This document shows, one piece after another, positions 1 through 10,255 of a stretch of DNA of 64,000 nucleotides (position 1 is its first letter; every line of letters begins with the position of its first letter). Source of the DNA: a virus; IMG/VR virus record IMGVR_UViG_3300020477_000001, positions 64,001-128,000 of that record; one strand, 5' to 3'. The position numbers and the translations under genes are program-made. The notes below the pieces were generated by a model. It ran no database searches. It was not told where the DNA came from and saw only the letters and a program-made list of their open reading frames with translations.

Positions 1-104
1 GATAGATGATTAAAGAGGCCCGCTATCATCCTCTGCTTGCAATCTTGCGTAAGGCTCTAAATCGAAACCAGTACGCCCCCGTTAAGGTTTACACTTTTTA
101 AATT

Positions 105-1199
105 TTATTTTTTTAAAACTTCTCTAAACTTATTAAACAAATACTTACCTATCTCTTCATTATCTTCGAAGAATTTTTTAAAATTGTCAATCCCTTGGTG
201 CTGTTTGGGCATTTCTAGGTTAAGCTCGTTTTTGATTTCTTTAATTAATTCATCTGAGACTGACACCCATGCGCCACTTTTTTTTGCCATATCAAAGGCT
301 AGCAGCGTTTCTACTACCTCATATTCAGCCCAAATACTTTTACCTCCGGTTCTGCCGTATCTGATCGGATACTTCACTACGGTTCCTGTTTTTTCGTTGG
401 GTGTTTTTTTGAAGGTCACTTTACACCAGTGGCCTACCGTTTCTTCTTTGTCGCCGCTCCCCTTGGTAATTAAATCTTTTTTGAATCTTTCTTGAAATTC
501 TAAAATCCAGTCACTGTAATGAAGCAGCGCGTTCCCTCCAGAAGCGTTGGTGACTCTTGGGTCTGTTTTTTCGTAGGGGTTTAGTGAAACCTTTGTTCTT
601 ACTTGTGAGACCATGTAGCAAATATGACCCCTAGTTGTCATTGCGAGTGCCATTTTACGCAAGAAGTCAGAGCTTAGCAACGCTCCAGCGGCAACTTTAT
701 TGGCGTCTTCTGGGCCTTTTTGTAAGTCTGCTTTCGGTACTAGGGAATCCATGGAGTCAATAATGAACATATATTTAATTTTGTTCTTATTGTTTTTTAC
801 TAAATCTCTAATTAGATTAATAACGGATTCATAGGTATTGCTTCTATATTCGAGCCATTTATCTTCGCTTTCGTCTATTCCAGCCCTTTGAAGCATTTCT
901 TTGGAGAGTCTACCTTCCGATTTTACATAAACAACCATGCTCTTTTCTAGTTTTTGAAAATTTCTACCAAACGCTAGGGCGCATGAAGTTTTTCCGCCTT
1001 CAGTTACGCCACTCGCTCTGATAATACCCGGTCTGATGCCACCACTCATTTCAATGTCCAAAACCAAGCTACCGCTAGAGACAACGTAGTTAGTCTCTTC
1101 TTCGAAATTGTAATGATCGTCTTTGTTGTTTTGTAGATACGCTTTTATTTGGTCTACATGACTTACTTCTTCTGTTTGTTCTTTCGCTTTTCTAGGCAT
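105..1199 (-). CDS. uvsX: UvsX/RecA-like recombinase
   Basis: SSGSLVLD...GGIRPG, Walker A GVTEGGKTS, Walker B MFIIDSMDSL, SQVR and SGGNALLHYSD RecA motifs; divergent phage-type sequence. Confidence 0.85.
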   Translation of the reverse strand: MPRKAKEQTEEVSHVDQIKAYLQNNKDDHYNFEEETNYVVSSGSLVLDIEMSGGIRPGIIRASGVTEGGKTSCALAFGRNFQKLEKSMVVYVKSEGRLSKEMLQRAGIDESEDKWLEYRSNTYESVINLIRDLVKNNKNKIKYMFIIDSMDSLVPKADLQKGPEDANKVAAGALLSSDFLRKMALAMTTRGHICYMVSQVRTKVSLNPYEKTDPRVTNASGGNALLHYSDWILEFQERFKKDLITKGSGDKEETVGHWCKVTFKKTPNEKTGTVVKYPIRYGRTGGKSIWAEYEVVETLLAFDMAKKSGAWVSVSDELIKEIKNELNLEMPKQHQGIDNFKKFFEDNEEIGKYLFNKFREVLKK

Positions 1200-1551
1200 C
1201 GTTCAACCAATCTTTTATCGTTTTTGGCTTTTTTTCTTCTACTTTAAAATCTTCTCCAAATTTTTCTTTGCCGACTTCGTTTATAGTTTGCTCTCGAAGG
1301 TTAACTTTTTTAGTTAGCGTGATGTTTTTAATTACTGATTTACCTTCTTCTGTAAAGAACCAACTCAAGTCATTACAGTTTTCGTGAACAGGGAATTCTT
1401 CCCAGAACTTTTCGTCTGGTATCATTTCTAGCATTTTTTTTGCTAGAAACATATTTGTTTTAATTTGCTTAGGGCTGGCCCAAGCACTTGCTTTATCTTT
1501 GTAGAATCTCCCAATAATTTTTTGATATTTATTGGGCTTCCTTTTCTTCAT
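1192..1551 (-). CDS. hypothetical protein
   Basis: ORF overlapping both neighbours in operon; ATG at 1551 preferred. Confidence 0.6.
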   Translation of the reverse strand: MKKRKPNKYQKIIGRFYKDKASAWASPKQIKTNMFLAKKMLEMIPDEKFWEEFPVHENCNDLSWFFTEEGKSVIKNITLTKKVNLREQTINEVGKEKFGEDFKVEEKKPKTIKDWLNDA

Positions 1552-2584
1552 TAAGGTCAAACTCTACCATCTTTTTGATAAGCATGTCAAAGGAAATCTT
1601 TCTTTCCCAGCCTAATTTTTCTTCAGCTTCACTTGGGTCTCCCAGCAATAGTTCAACTTCTGCTGGTCTATAGAATTTGGGATTTATTTTAATTAAATTT
1701 TGCCCTTTTGGGGAATTATTGTAAAATTTTGTTTTAGTGGGTTCTCCTTCTATTTCTGTCCAGCTTCCAGAAATACCAGCATACTTAAAAGCTTTGCTTG
1801 CGAACTCTTTGATGGTGTGGGTTTCTCCGCTAGCTAAAACGTAATCTTCTGGCTTTTCTTGATTTAGCATTAGCCATACGCCTTTCACGAAGTCCTCGCT
1901 GTCGCTCCAGTCTCTTTGGGAGTAGATGTTGCCGAGTTCTATTGGTTCGATTTTTTCTTCTCTATCTATGCATTTTTTAATTCTGGCGACACCTTTGGTT
2001 ATTTTTCTTGTCACAAATTCTTCGCCTCTTTTGGTTCCTTCATGGTTAAAGAGTATTCCGTGTACCGCGTACATATCATACGACTCTCTGTAAACCTTGA
2101 TGATGTGCCTCGCTGAGCATTTAGAAGCTCCATATGGGCTTCTGGGTCTTAGCGGGTGCTTTATGTCTTGCGGTGTGTATGCCACGTCACCGAATTCTTC
2201 ACTGCTGCCCGCGCTGTAGAATCTGCAATTTGGCTGGAAGTGACGTATTGCTTCTAGGCATCTTGTTACTCCATTGGTGTTTACATCGAAAACGTGAAGA
2301 GGCATGTCCCAGCTAATTCCAACAAAAGAGTTTGCTGCAAAATTAATGAAGTAATCTGGTTGAATTTCTTTTACTAATTTTTGTAAGCTTATTTCGTCTG
2401 TTAGGTCGCCGTATACAAGTTGGAAGTTTGGGTGGTTGAGAAATTTTTTGCAGTTTTTAAAATTTGGATTAGCCACCCGCCTAATCATTCCAAATACCTT
2501 AATGTCATTAAATTCACCTAGCAGGTACTCGCACATATTGGCTCCATCTTGGCCAAGCACACCCGTAACTAAAACTTTTTTCAT
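1529..2584 (-). CDS. gmd: GDP-mannose 4,6-dehydratase
   Basis: TGVLGQDG, SSEEFG, PRSPYGASK, GILFNHE, EFVTRKIT, FYRPAEVELLLGDP. Confidence 0.95.
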   Translation of the reverse strand: MKKVLVTGVLGQDGANMCEYLLGEFNDIKVFGMIRRVANPNFKNCKKFLNHPNFQLVYGDLTDEISLQKLVKEIQPDYFINFAANSFVGISWDMPLHVFDVNTNGVTRCLEAIRHFQPNCRFYSAGSSEEFGDVAYTPQDIKHPLRPRSPYGASKCSARHIIKVYRESYDMYAVHGILFNHEGTKRGEEFVTRKITKGVARIKKCIDREEKIEPIELGNIYSQRDWSDSEDFVKGVWLMLNQEKPEDYVLASGETHTIKEFASKAFKYAGISGSWTEIEGEPTKTKFYNNSPKGQNLIKINPKFYRPAEVELLLGDPSEAEEKLGWERKISFDMLIKKMVEFDLNEEKEAQ

Positions 2585-3546
2585 ACGCTTCTTAAATTAA
2601 GTTCATTTTTCTGAAACCAATTATAAGTCGATTTTAATCCTTCTTTTAAATTGGTTTTATGATGCCATCCTAGTTTATGTAGTCTCGAACAGTCTAGCAC
2701 CCTTTTTAGAGTACCATCTGGTTTTGATAGATCAAATTTTATTTTTCCTTTATACCCCACCACTTCAGCAATTAGGTGGGCTAGGTTTTTGATCGAGATT
2801 TCTTCGCCAGTTCCTATGTTTATTTGGGACACTCCTTGGTCGTATATATCTTTAAAATTACAATTTTCAAGAATATGCACACATGCGTCAGCTAGGTCTT
2901 TAACGTGCATAAACTCTCTCATCGCTTCGCCAGTACCCCAAACCTCTACTTCTTCTAGTTCTTTTCCTTTAGCTTCGTGAAACCTCCTCATTAAAGCAGG
3001 TAATACGTGTGAGTTTCTTGGGTGGAAGTTGTCGTTTTCTCCGTATAGGTTTGCTGGCATTACTGACAGGAACTCGTCGGCGTGTTGCCTGTGGTAGCTT
3101 TCGCACATCTTGATTCCTGCTATTTTAGCTATAGCATATGGCTCGTTCGTGGGTTCTAGCGGAGACCTTAGTAGGTATTCTTCTTTGATCGGTTGGTCTG
3201 TGAACTTAGGGTAAATGCAAACGCTGCCCAAAAATAAAAGTTTGTCTATCTGGTATTCGTGTGAGTAGTGGATTAAATTATTTTGTATTTGTAGGTTATC
3301 GTAGATAAACTCAGCGCGATATACATTATTAGAATGTATTCCTCCTACTTTAGCGGCGCAGTCTATAACAACGCTGGGCCAATACTGCTTAAAAAAGCCC
3401 TCAGTTTCTGATTGGTTTGTTAGGTCTAGCTCTTGCCGCGTTTTGGTTATTAAGTTTTCGTAACCTTTAGATTTTAGGTTTTCTAGTACGGCAGAGCCGA
3501 CCATACCCTTATGCCCAGCAACAAAAATTTTAGAGTCTTTTTGCAT
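2581..3546 (-). CDS. fcl: GDP-L-fucose synthase
   Basis: AGHKGMVGSA, AAKVGGI, LEPTNEPYAIAKIAG, MPANLYG, SHVLPAL, KPDGT. Confidence 0.95.
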   Translation of the reverse strand: MQKDSKIFVAGHKGMVGSAVLENLKSKGYENLITKTRQELDLTNQSETEGFFKQYWPSVVIDCAAKVGGIHSNNVYRAEFIYDNLQIQNNLIHYSHEYQIDKLLFLGSVCIYPKFTDQPIKEEYLLRSPLEPTNEPYAIAKIAGIKMCESYHRQHADEFLSVMPANLYGENDNFHPRNSHVLPALMRRFHEAKGKELEEVEVWGTGEAMREFMHVKDLADACVHILENCNFKDIYDQGVSQINIGTGEEISIKNLAHLIAEVVGYKGKIKFDLSKPDGTLKRVLDCSRLHKLGWHHKTNLKEGLKSTYNWFQKNELNLRSV

Positions 3547-3547
3547 C

Positions 3548-4108
3548 TTATTCTTTCTCGTAAACAGCGATTATGTCGTCTCCTCTTCCTTTTATTTCTC
3601 TTATATCATGCACGGTGAACCTTTCGTCTTTTTGGTATAATTCAAGATACTCTGGGTAGACATCTTCAATTATATAAACGGCTCCAGAGTTTAACTTGGG
3701 TTCTAGTAATTCGAATGTAGCTATAGAAAGGTGGTGTACGTGGGATGCATCTTCTATGACTAAATCTAGCCCAGACTCTGGGAACAGGGGGTCTTCTAGG
3801 ATTTTAGGGCTAGTTTGATCGCTGGGAGAAAGCAGTATAAGATTGTTGGTTTCAGCTTGGTTGATTTCAAGTCTGTGGTAACTTTGATCTAAGCCGTATA
3901 TTTTCGCTTTCTTGAAAGCTCTGCAAAGAAAATGAAGACCTCCGCCTCTTTCCGTTCCGACTTCAAGAATGTTCACTTCTTTGTCGTAAAACTTTTCTAA
4001 GAGTTGTGGGTAGATGTGTTCGTATGCATGGTAGCCAGCTTTGTCTGTTAAGTCTAGTTCGCTTGCCGTAATCATGCATTTCTTGATTTCCTCTTGAACT
4101 TCACTCAT
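3548..4108 (-). CDS. class I SAM-dependent (sugar O-) methyltransferase
   Basis: ILEVGT..GGG, DLVIEDASH, GAVYIIEDV. Confidence 0.75.
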   Translation of the reverse strand: MSEVQEEIKKCMITASELDLTDKAGYHAYEHIYPQLLEKFYDKEVNILEVGTERGGGLHFLCRAFKKAKIYGLDQSYHRLEINQAETNNLILLSPSDQTSPKILEDPLFPESGLDLVIEDASHVHHLSIATFELLEPKLNSGAVYIIEDVYPEYLELYQKDERFTVHDIREIKGRGDDIIAVYEKE

Positions 4109-5060
4109 TTTCTTTTATAACTCCTTCAATGGTTCTAACGTATTCTTTTGCTAGTTTTTTCCATTCGAAATTTTCTTTTGCATATTTCACGATTTCTTTT
4201 CTGTTTTCAACCGAAACTTTTCTGTTTCTTTCTATAATGCCTCTCAGTTGATCAGTGTTGTTCATTTCCTCTTCGCTTACTACGTCAATGAAGGGAAGCG
4301 AAAGGTCTAGGTTGGCGGTTGCTTGTTCAGATATTACTAAGCCTAGTCCAGCCATAAGACCCTCTAAGCAAGAAAGAGAGTGAGCTTCTCCGTCGCTTAG
4401 CAGAACCATGTTCGCGTAATCTGTTAGGCTTTCATAGACTTTACTCTTTTCCCATTCCCCTAGGTAGTCTGGGCTACCGTAGTCAAAGTCTGGGTCTTGT
4501 TCGTTCCCTGCAAAGTCAATATTAAGGTTTTTGCCTTGCAGGAAGGACTGTTTTTTTCTTGGGTCGATTTTCGCCAAGCAAATTGACCTGTCTGGTTTCT
4601 GGCATTTCGAATCAAAAAGAAACATATTTGAATTAGCGCCATTTGGCGTTATCTTAATTTTTTCTTCTGGTATTGACAGTTCTCGGATGTATGTCTCCTT
4701 GATTCCCTCTGATAATGCAAATATATGATAATCTATGTTTTTGTAGGCATTGAAGATTTGATTATAGGCTCCGTGCTTTTCTGGTTGCTCTAGGTATGCA
4801 TAGTGACTTGTGACTGCTTTGTTTTTACAGTTAATGAATCTCATCATCGGTACATAGTCATCGTATTGCAAATGTACAAAATCCAAGTCTCTCGAATTAA
4901 TACTCTCTATTACTCCTTGAAAGTCTCTTGAGTTATATATATAGACCTCGTGCCCAAGGTCGATCAAAGCCTCTGAGTAGTCCCAGATTAAAGACTCTAT
5001 GGCTCCCCAGCCTTTTGGTGGGATAGGCATAAAACCCGGTCCGATGATTCCTATTTTCAT
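4101..5060 (-). CDS. GT-B (GT4-like) glycosyltransferase
   Basis: IPPKGWGAIE N-terminus, LVLLSxGE motif, GLGLVISE. Confidence 0.8.
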   Translation of the reverse strand: MKIGIIGPGFMPIPPKGWGAIESLIWDYSEALIDLGHEVYIYNSRDFQGVIESINSRDLDFVHLQYDDYVPMMRFINCKNKAVTSHYAYLEQPEKHGAYNQIFNAYKNIDYHIFALSEGIKETYIRELSIPEEKIKITPNGANSNMFLFDSKCQKPDRSICLAKIDPRKKQSFLQGKNLNIDFAGNEQDPDFDYGSPDYLGEWEKSKVYESLTDYANMVLLSDGEAHSLSCLEGLMAGLGLVISEQATANLDLSLPFIDVVSEEEMNNTDQLRGIIERNRKVSVENRKEIVKYAKENFEWKKLAKEYVRTIEGVIKENE

Positions 5061-6016
5061 TTTTTAATTTTATTTATATTATCTATGTAGACATCAACTA
5101 GGCCGTCCCAAGAAAAATTCTCTAAAGCATATTTTCTTATGTCATTTCTTATGGGTATACATCTTTCTCTGTTTTCTTTAATAACTGAGTTTATGTAATC
5201 TAGGTCGTCTATCTTTGCCTCTGGTATTAAGTCGATAAATGGTAAGTCAAGATTTAATTCAGAACAAGCATATTCTGAGAAAACTATACCTAATCCACAG
5301 GCCAGAGCCTCTTTGATTACTAAGGGCGTGCCATTTTCTCCTGTACTTAACAAAACCATATTCGCGTAGTTTGTGAGCATCGAGAAAAGTTTTTCCCTAG
5401 GCTTGATTTCTCCAAGGTAGTTTGGATTGGAGGTGTCAAAGCTGGTGTTGTGGAATTTGCCAATAAAATCCACGCCTTCTAGGGATTGAAATTTGTATTG
5501 CCTTTTTCTTTCTTCTATTTTTGCTAAATAAACAGATTTATTTGGTAATTCGCAGTGAGTATTAAACGACCAGTTATCGAAGTTGACACCATTTTCTAGG
5601 ATTGAGCATGAATTCGCTTTTGCCCCGCACTCTACGAAGGCATCTCTATCCTTCTTAGAGATACAGAAATTATGAAAACCCTCGTTTCTGGTTAGGAAAT
5701 AAAAAATATGCCCATAGTTATCGGCTTCGTGCTTTTCGAGTTGATCTACATACGGGTAGTGGCTGCTTATGCCTTTGCTTTCGCATTCAATGTGGGGTAT
5801 TAGGTCGTAGAATTGATCATAGTGAACGTGAACAAAGTCCCAGTTTTCAGCGTTGCATTCATTTAGTATTTCATTTCTGTCTGGGGTGTTAATAATCTTT
5901 ACTTCGTGCCCCTTCTTCTCTAGCGTGCAGTAATAGTCCCACATCAAGGATTCAACTGCACCCCATCCATCTGGTGGTATTGGTAATATACCCGGTCCTA
6001 TCAAGCAGATTTTCAT
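5057..6016 (-). CDS. GT-B (GT4-like) glycosyltransferase, paralog of 4101-5060
   Basis: IPPDGWGAVE, ENGTPLVIKEALACG; colinear similarity to neighbour. Confidence 0.8.
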   Translation of the reverse strand: MKICLIGPGILPIPPDGWGAVESLMWDYYCTLEKKGHEVKIINTPDRNEILNECNAENWDFVHVHYDQFYDLIPHIECESKGISSHYPYVDQLEKHEADNYGHIFYFLTRNEGFHNFCISKKDRDAFVECGAKANSCSILENGVNFDNWSFNTHCELPNKSVYLAKIEERKRQYKFQSLEGVDFIGKFHNTSFDTSNPNYLGEIKPREKLFSMLTNYANMVLLSTGENGTPLVIKEALACGLGIVFSEYACSELNLDLPFIDLIPEAKIDDLDYINSVIKENRERCIPIRNDIRKYALENFSWDGLVDVYIDNINKIKK

Positions 6017-6864
6017 AATCTAAATAATTCTTTTATTTTAGTTTTTGTTGGTTCTTCGTAGTGCTCGCTTGGGTCTCTTCTATGTGGGTCCGCATGTAGG
6101 AATATTACGTCCTTCATTTCCTCTTCGAACGGGTTCTTGCCTTTTAGGGTTCCGTCAGTGACTTCTAATTCCATGTGCTCTGGACCCATTGAGCAGTGAT
6201 TTAGTCTGCCACCTAGATCAACTATTTCTTTTTCCGCTATCGCGCTCAAAAAGACTTCATCAGTGATTCCCCGAATGTATTCTTTATAGTTACCATCTGA
6301 ATCTTTATAAACAGAATCGTAGGACTCAAGGACTTTTGAAATTAGTTCTCTGTTTTTGTCTGAGTTTTTATATAGAAATACTCCCCCCGCGTAAAAATTA
6401 CTGTTTATATCTGCGTTGAATGTTAGGAATAGTTCGTGGAAAAAATCTTTGTTTTCTGAAGGCACTGCTTTTTCAAAGAAATCTCTTAGCGTAGGTACGT
6501 AAAAATGCTTTGCTGCTCCTACCCCCTCTCCAATTTCTTCAAACAGTTCCTCAAATCTATTGTTTGCAAGAGCGGTGTCTGTGTCTACATAAACTACGTA
6601 TTCTGTTTCTGCCTCCAGTACGGCTACGTACTTCTGCCTCCAGAACTGGAAGCCGACTTTTTTCTGCGACAAATCTAAGTTGTCTTTCGACTCTAAGATT
6701 TTAACGTTGGGGTAATCGACTGGAAACTTATTGTTTAAATCCAAAACCAAAAAGTTAGTTTCACCTAGAAGGTCCGTTATACTATCTATGCTTGTTTTAA
6801 GGTTCGAATAATGCTCGTCACCTCCTCCGACTATATATACAAATGTGATTTTTTTAGAGTCCAT
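6013..6864 (-). CDS. GT-A (GT8-like) glycosyltransferase
   Basis: VYVDTDT DXD motif, YAGGVFLY, TDEVFL. Confidence 0.65.
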   Translation of the reverse strand: MDSKKITFVYIVGGGDEHYSNLKTSIDSITDLLGETNFLVLDLNNKFPVDYPNVKILESKDNLDLSQKKVGFQFWRQKYVAVLEAETEYVVYVDTDTALANNRFEELFEEIGEGVGAAKHFYVPTLRDFFEKAVPSENKDFFHELFLTFNADINSNFYAGGVFLYKNSDKNRELISKVLESYDSVYKDSDGNYKEYIRGITDEVFLSAIAEKEIVDLGGRLNHCSMGPEHMELEVTDGTLKGKNPFEEEMKDVIFLHADPHRRDPSEHYEEPTKTKIKELFRL

Positions 6865-7835
6865 TATAAGACCTTTAATATTGATTCGATTCTGTTTAGA
6901 TATGTATGATTGTCTTTAACGTATTTCATGCATTCTTCAATAAAAGCGTAGTCTTCTCTTTGAGCCATAGCGTCATGAAAAAGCTGGGCTGGGTCTTCCT
7001 GTAACAGGCAGTGCCCCTCTAGTTCACTGTGAATCTCCTTGGAGTTTGTGATCGGTAGGTGACCCCAGCTAGCTGACTTGAATACCCTACACGGAACGTA
7101 GCCGTTTCTCAAGTGCTCTGGACCCCTTACGTCTGCCGCTAGTATTGATAACTTTGTTCTTTTTTGAACATCTTCCTCTGGGAGTGGATGTCTGAATGGG
7201 TCGTTATGGTAAAAGGGTATACCTGCTTTCCTGCATTCCATTATGAATTGAGAGAATGTGCTAAAGTTTTCGCATCTACCGTCTGGGCTCAGATTTCCGC
7301 AAAAATGTATAACTCTTTCTCTTTCTCTTTTAATTTCTTTAAAATTAAATTCATGAGGTAATAGACTTGCTCCCCAAGTTATGTAGAACTTGTCGTAGTC
7401 TGCGATTTCATACTCATGGTAGTCATTTTTGTATTTTATGGATTTGTTTGACTTTGGCTCGAAGTAGCAAGAGTTCCCGACTTTTTGCGCTTTGGATTTA
7501 TCTAAGGTAAAATCGTATATGTGGTCTTTATGCCATATGTGATTATATCTGAAGTCTATAAATCTCTTTACTTCAGCGTTGATGTATTTTGCTGGGTCTG
7601 GGGGGCCATGTACTAGGTAGGTGCTTGATTTGACTAGCGGAATTTTTGAGTCAGCAAATCCCTCAGTCCAAAAAATACAGTCCTCCCAGTCGAAGTCTTT
7701 GGGGTAGTCCTTGTCGTGGAACCAGAACACTTCGTAGCCTAGGTACGAGAACGCTTTAAAGAAAGCTTCTTGTATGTAGGACATCGTGTGGGAGTGAAGC
7801 GGATGTCCCCAAATAATTATTTTTTGCTTATGCAT
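6864..7835 (-). CDS. putative glycosyltransferase
   Basis: C-terminal GYVPCRVFK..SWG..PITN and HTYLNR resemble CgeB/GT-B proteins; cluster context. Confidence 0.55.
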   Translation of the reverse strand: MHKQKIIIWGHPLHSHTMSYIQEAFFKAFSYLGYEVFWFHDKDYPKDFDWEDCIFWTEGFADSKIPLVKSSTYLVHGPPDPAKYINAEVKRFIDFRYNHIWHKDHIYDFTLDKSKAQKVGNSCYFEPKSNKSIKYKNDYHEYEIADYDKFYITWGASLLPHEFNFKEIKRERERVIHFCGNLSPDGRCENFSTFSQFIMECRKAGIPFYHNDPFRHPLPEEDVQKRTKLSILAADVRGPEHLRNGYVPCRVFKSASWGHLPITNSKEIHSELEGHCLLQEDPAQLFHDAMAQREDYAFIEECMKYVKDNHTYLNRIESILKVL

Positions 7836-8585
7836 TTAGAATCTAGGTAGTGCTAGGGGCCAGTTATGGCCTTGTATTTTAATGCCAAAGAAATCCAAGG
7901 TCTTCCGAATTAATAGCTCATTGCAGTAAGCCCCTGTGTCCTTAACGCATTCTTGCAACGCGAATTCAAACGTGTTAAAAACGCTGGCGTAAGCATCCAT
8001 GTTTTTACTGGAGCTTAGGTTGAGCCAGTCTGAGATCATGCCGTCTGGTTGATTCATGTCCTTGTAATGGACAAGATTAGGGTCGTAGTCTGGAGCATTA
8101 ATTTTTATATACGATATCACGTCTGTTCTTATTTTAATTACGTAATCATATTTAAAGTCATTTTCTAATTCATATGTTTTCTTAAGAATGCTGCTTTTAA
8201 GTAAGCTATACTTAGCGCTGTAATTGTCTCTTATTGTTCTGAATCTGAAGTTTGGTTCTTCTGGGTTGTCTATGGCTCCCTCGAAATATCTTTGTAATGA
8301 TTCATCGAAGTTAATAGTGGAATTCAAAAAGGTCTTGGGCTTTTCTACTTTTAGTGATATTGGCTTGTATAGCTCTTTAAATTTCTCTATAGAGTCGTTT
8401 TTGATTCTTTGATTCTTCCAGCCTCCAGCGCCTCCGTGTTTGTAGGGCTCTGTGCATAGTTCTTCGCTGAACCAAAGGTGAGCAAATACGTCTGCATTAT
8501 TAGGGTCTATCACGTTTTCCTTCATTAATGGGAAACATTCTTCAATAAACCTAGGTTGACCGCAAACTATTATAGCTGTTTTCAT
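7836..8585 (-). CDS. putative glycosyltransferase-like protein (GQPR...RTD family)
   Basis: MKTAIIVCGQPR, DVFAHLW, YDYVIKIRTD; one of three tandem paralogs. Confidence 0.55.
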   Translation of the reverse strand: MKTAIIVCGQPRFIEECFPLMKENVIDPNNADVFAHLWFSEELCTEPYKHGGAGGWKNQRIKNDSIEKFKELYKPISLKVEKPKTFLNSTINFDESLQRYFEGAIDNPEEPNFRFRTIRDNYSAKYSLLKSSILKKTYELENDFKYDYVIKIRTDVISYIKINAPDYDPNLVHYKDMNQPDGMISDWLNLSSSKNMDAYASVFNTFEFALQECVKDTGAYCNELLIRKTLDFFGIKIQGHNWPLALPRF

Positions 8586-9515
8586 TTAAAACTTATTGTC
8601 TCCTTTAAAACCTCTTTTAGTTTTATTTGATCGTCTTTCTTCTGCATCTCTAGGGAATTTGAAGGTTTTTTTGCCTAGAGGAAAAACGTAATTTGGCCAA
8701 ATAAAATTTAACTCCTTAAATAAATAGTAGGGCAATGCAGTGATTTTTTTAACGTCGCATTGTATTTTACTGTTTACAGATAGATGCTTTTCAAGTTGTA
8801 AATGTATTGGTAATTCAATGTAGTCATAGATGTTATCAAAAAACCTCGTATATGAATCCATATTTTTTAAATTTCCGCAAGCAAATAAATCAGAAAATGG
8901 ATAATCTGAACCTAAGTAGCCACCTGTCCCTCCAAAAACGATGCCATTTGAGCAGTATAGGGTATCTTTATCGAGTTTATCGTATTCTAGTCTGTATTTT
9001 ATTGCTAGGTCTGTTCTTGCTAGGATGTAAAAGTCATATTTTTCTTCTGATTTAATCGCTAGTTCTAAGCTGTTTTTTTTTGATTTCCATTGGCTGTATT
9101 CGTTAAAAAAAACTCTATTAGTTCTAACGCCGCTCCAAAGAGGCCCGTTTAGGTCTCTTCCAAGGACTCCAAAATCAGTAATAGGATTCGGGGATTCGCG
9201 CTTTTGTGCATCTTCGTACTGTGAGAAATCAAATTCTTCGATGTCTAAAGGTTTTTCGGTGAGTATTTTTTGGGGTAAATAAAGGTCTTCAAAAATTTTA
9301 TTTTCATTTTCTTGAAATTTTCTCATTAATCGCCCTTCTCTGGCATGTGGGCTTTTTTCGTGGTAGGCTGTTTTTCCGAGCCTATCTTCCCACCAGAGGT
9401 GAGCGTAAACGTCCACCTTTACACCTTCTGTACTTCTTATTATAGTATCAAAGATGTTCACGTAACAAGCTTCTACCTCTCTTGGGAAGCCAAAAAAACA
9501 AAGCGCTACTTTCAT
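8586..9515 (-). CDS. putative glycosyltransferase-like protein (paralog)
   Basis: MKVALCFFGFPR, DVYAHLW, YDFYILARTD, SDLFACG. Confidence 0.55.
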   Translation of the reverse strand: MKVALCFFGFPREVEACYVNIFDTIIRSTEGVKVDVYAHLWWEDRLGKTAYHEKSPHAREGRLMRKFQENENKIFEDLYLPQKILTEKPLDIEEFDFSQYEDAQKRESPNPITDFGVLGRDLNGPLWSGVRTNRVFFNEYSQWKSKKNSLELAIKSEEKYDFYILARTDLAIKYRLEYDKLDKDTLYCSNGIVFGGTGGYLGSDYPFSDLFACGNLKNMDSYTRFFDNIYDYIELPIHLQLEKHLSVNSKIQCDVKKITALPYYLFKELNFIWPNYVFPLGKKTFKFPRDAEERRSNKTKRGFKGDNKF

Positions 9516-10255
9516 TTTTTATCAAAAAATATCCTCCTAGGCATCCCGTCTAGATTGACGAACTCGTCTTTCTTAGGCATGAAGTAGTATATTTCTGGTC
9601 CTATTGCGTAGGTGTCACATCTTGTGTCTTCTAAGTGGAACCTAATCAAGTCGTGCATATGCGGGAATCCTCTTTCAATATAGCTGTCAAACTCTTCGTA
9701 AATTTGGCAATACTTCTGCATGTTTGATTTGGAGCCACAAGCAAACCAGTCTGAGAAAAATCTGTCCCAGCCAGCGGTTCTGCCATCACCAATATATAGA
9801 ATGTCAGAGTTTAGCTCTTCGTATTTGAACTTCTTGGGGAAAAGTAGGTCAGTGCGGCATCTTACATAAAAGTCATAACTTTCATTCGAAGATAGTGCTA
9901 AATCAAAGCTTTTTGCTATCGAATAGTACGCGCTCTTCATATTGAAGTAGCATTTTTCTAAGTCTGACAGCGTCGGGCAGACTCCTATCCTGTCGGAATT
10001 ACAAAATGAGGTGTCGAATTTTATTTGGTTTTCGAATACGCTTTTTTCGGGTTTATAAAGTTTTGCGAATTCTTCATTTGCTTTTTCTAAAAACTTTACC
10101 GAGTTGGGCTTGTACTCTGTGCCAGCCATGTCCTCGCTCCACCAAAAATGGGCATAAACATCTACATCGTAACCATCAATTAAGTTTCTATTGATGTTTT
10201 CGTAGCATTCCTTTAGGTCTCTGGGCTGACCCGAAAAACAAAGAGCTATTTTCAA
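9512..10255 (-). CDS. putative glycosyltransferase-like protein (paralog)
   Basis: MKIALCFSGQPR, DVYAHFW, YDFYVRCRTD, SDWFACG. Confidence 0.55.
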   Translation of the reverse strand: MKIALCFSGQPRDLKECYENINRNLIDGYDVDVYAHFWWSEDMAGTEYKPNSVKFLEKANEEFAKLYKPEKSVFENQIKFDTSFCNSDRIGVCPTLSDLEKCYFNMKSAYYSIAKSFDLALSSNESYDFYVRCRTDLLFPKKFKYEELNSDILYIGDGRTAGWDRFFSDWFACGSKSNMQKYCQIYEEFDSYIERGFPHMHDLIRFHLEDTRCDTYAIGPEIYYFMPKKDEFVNLDGMPRRIFFDKK

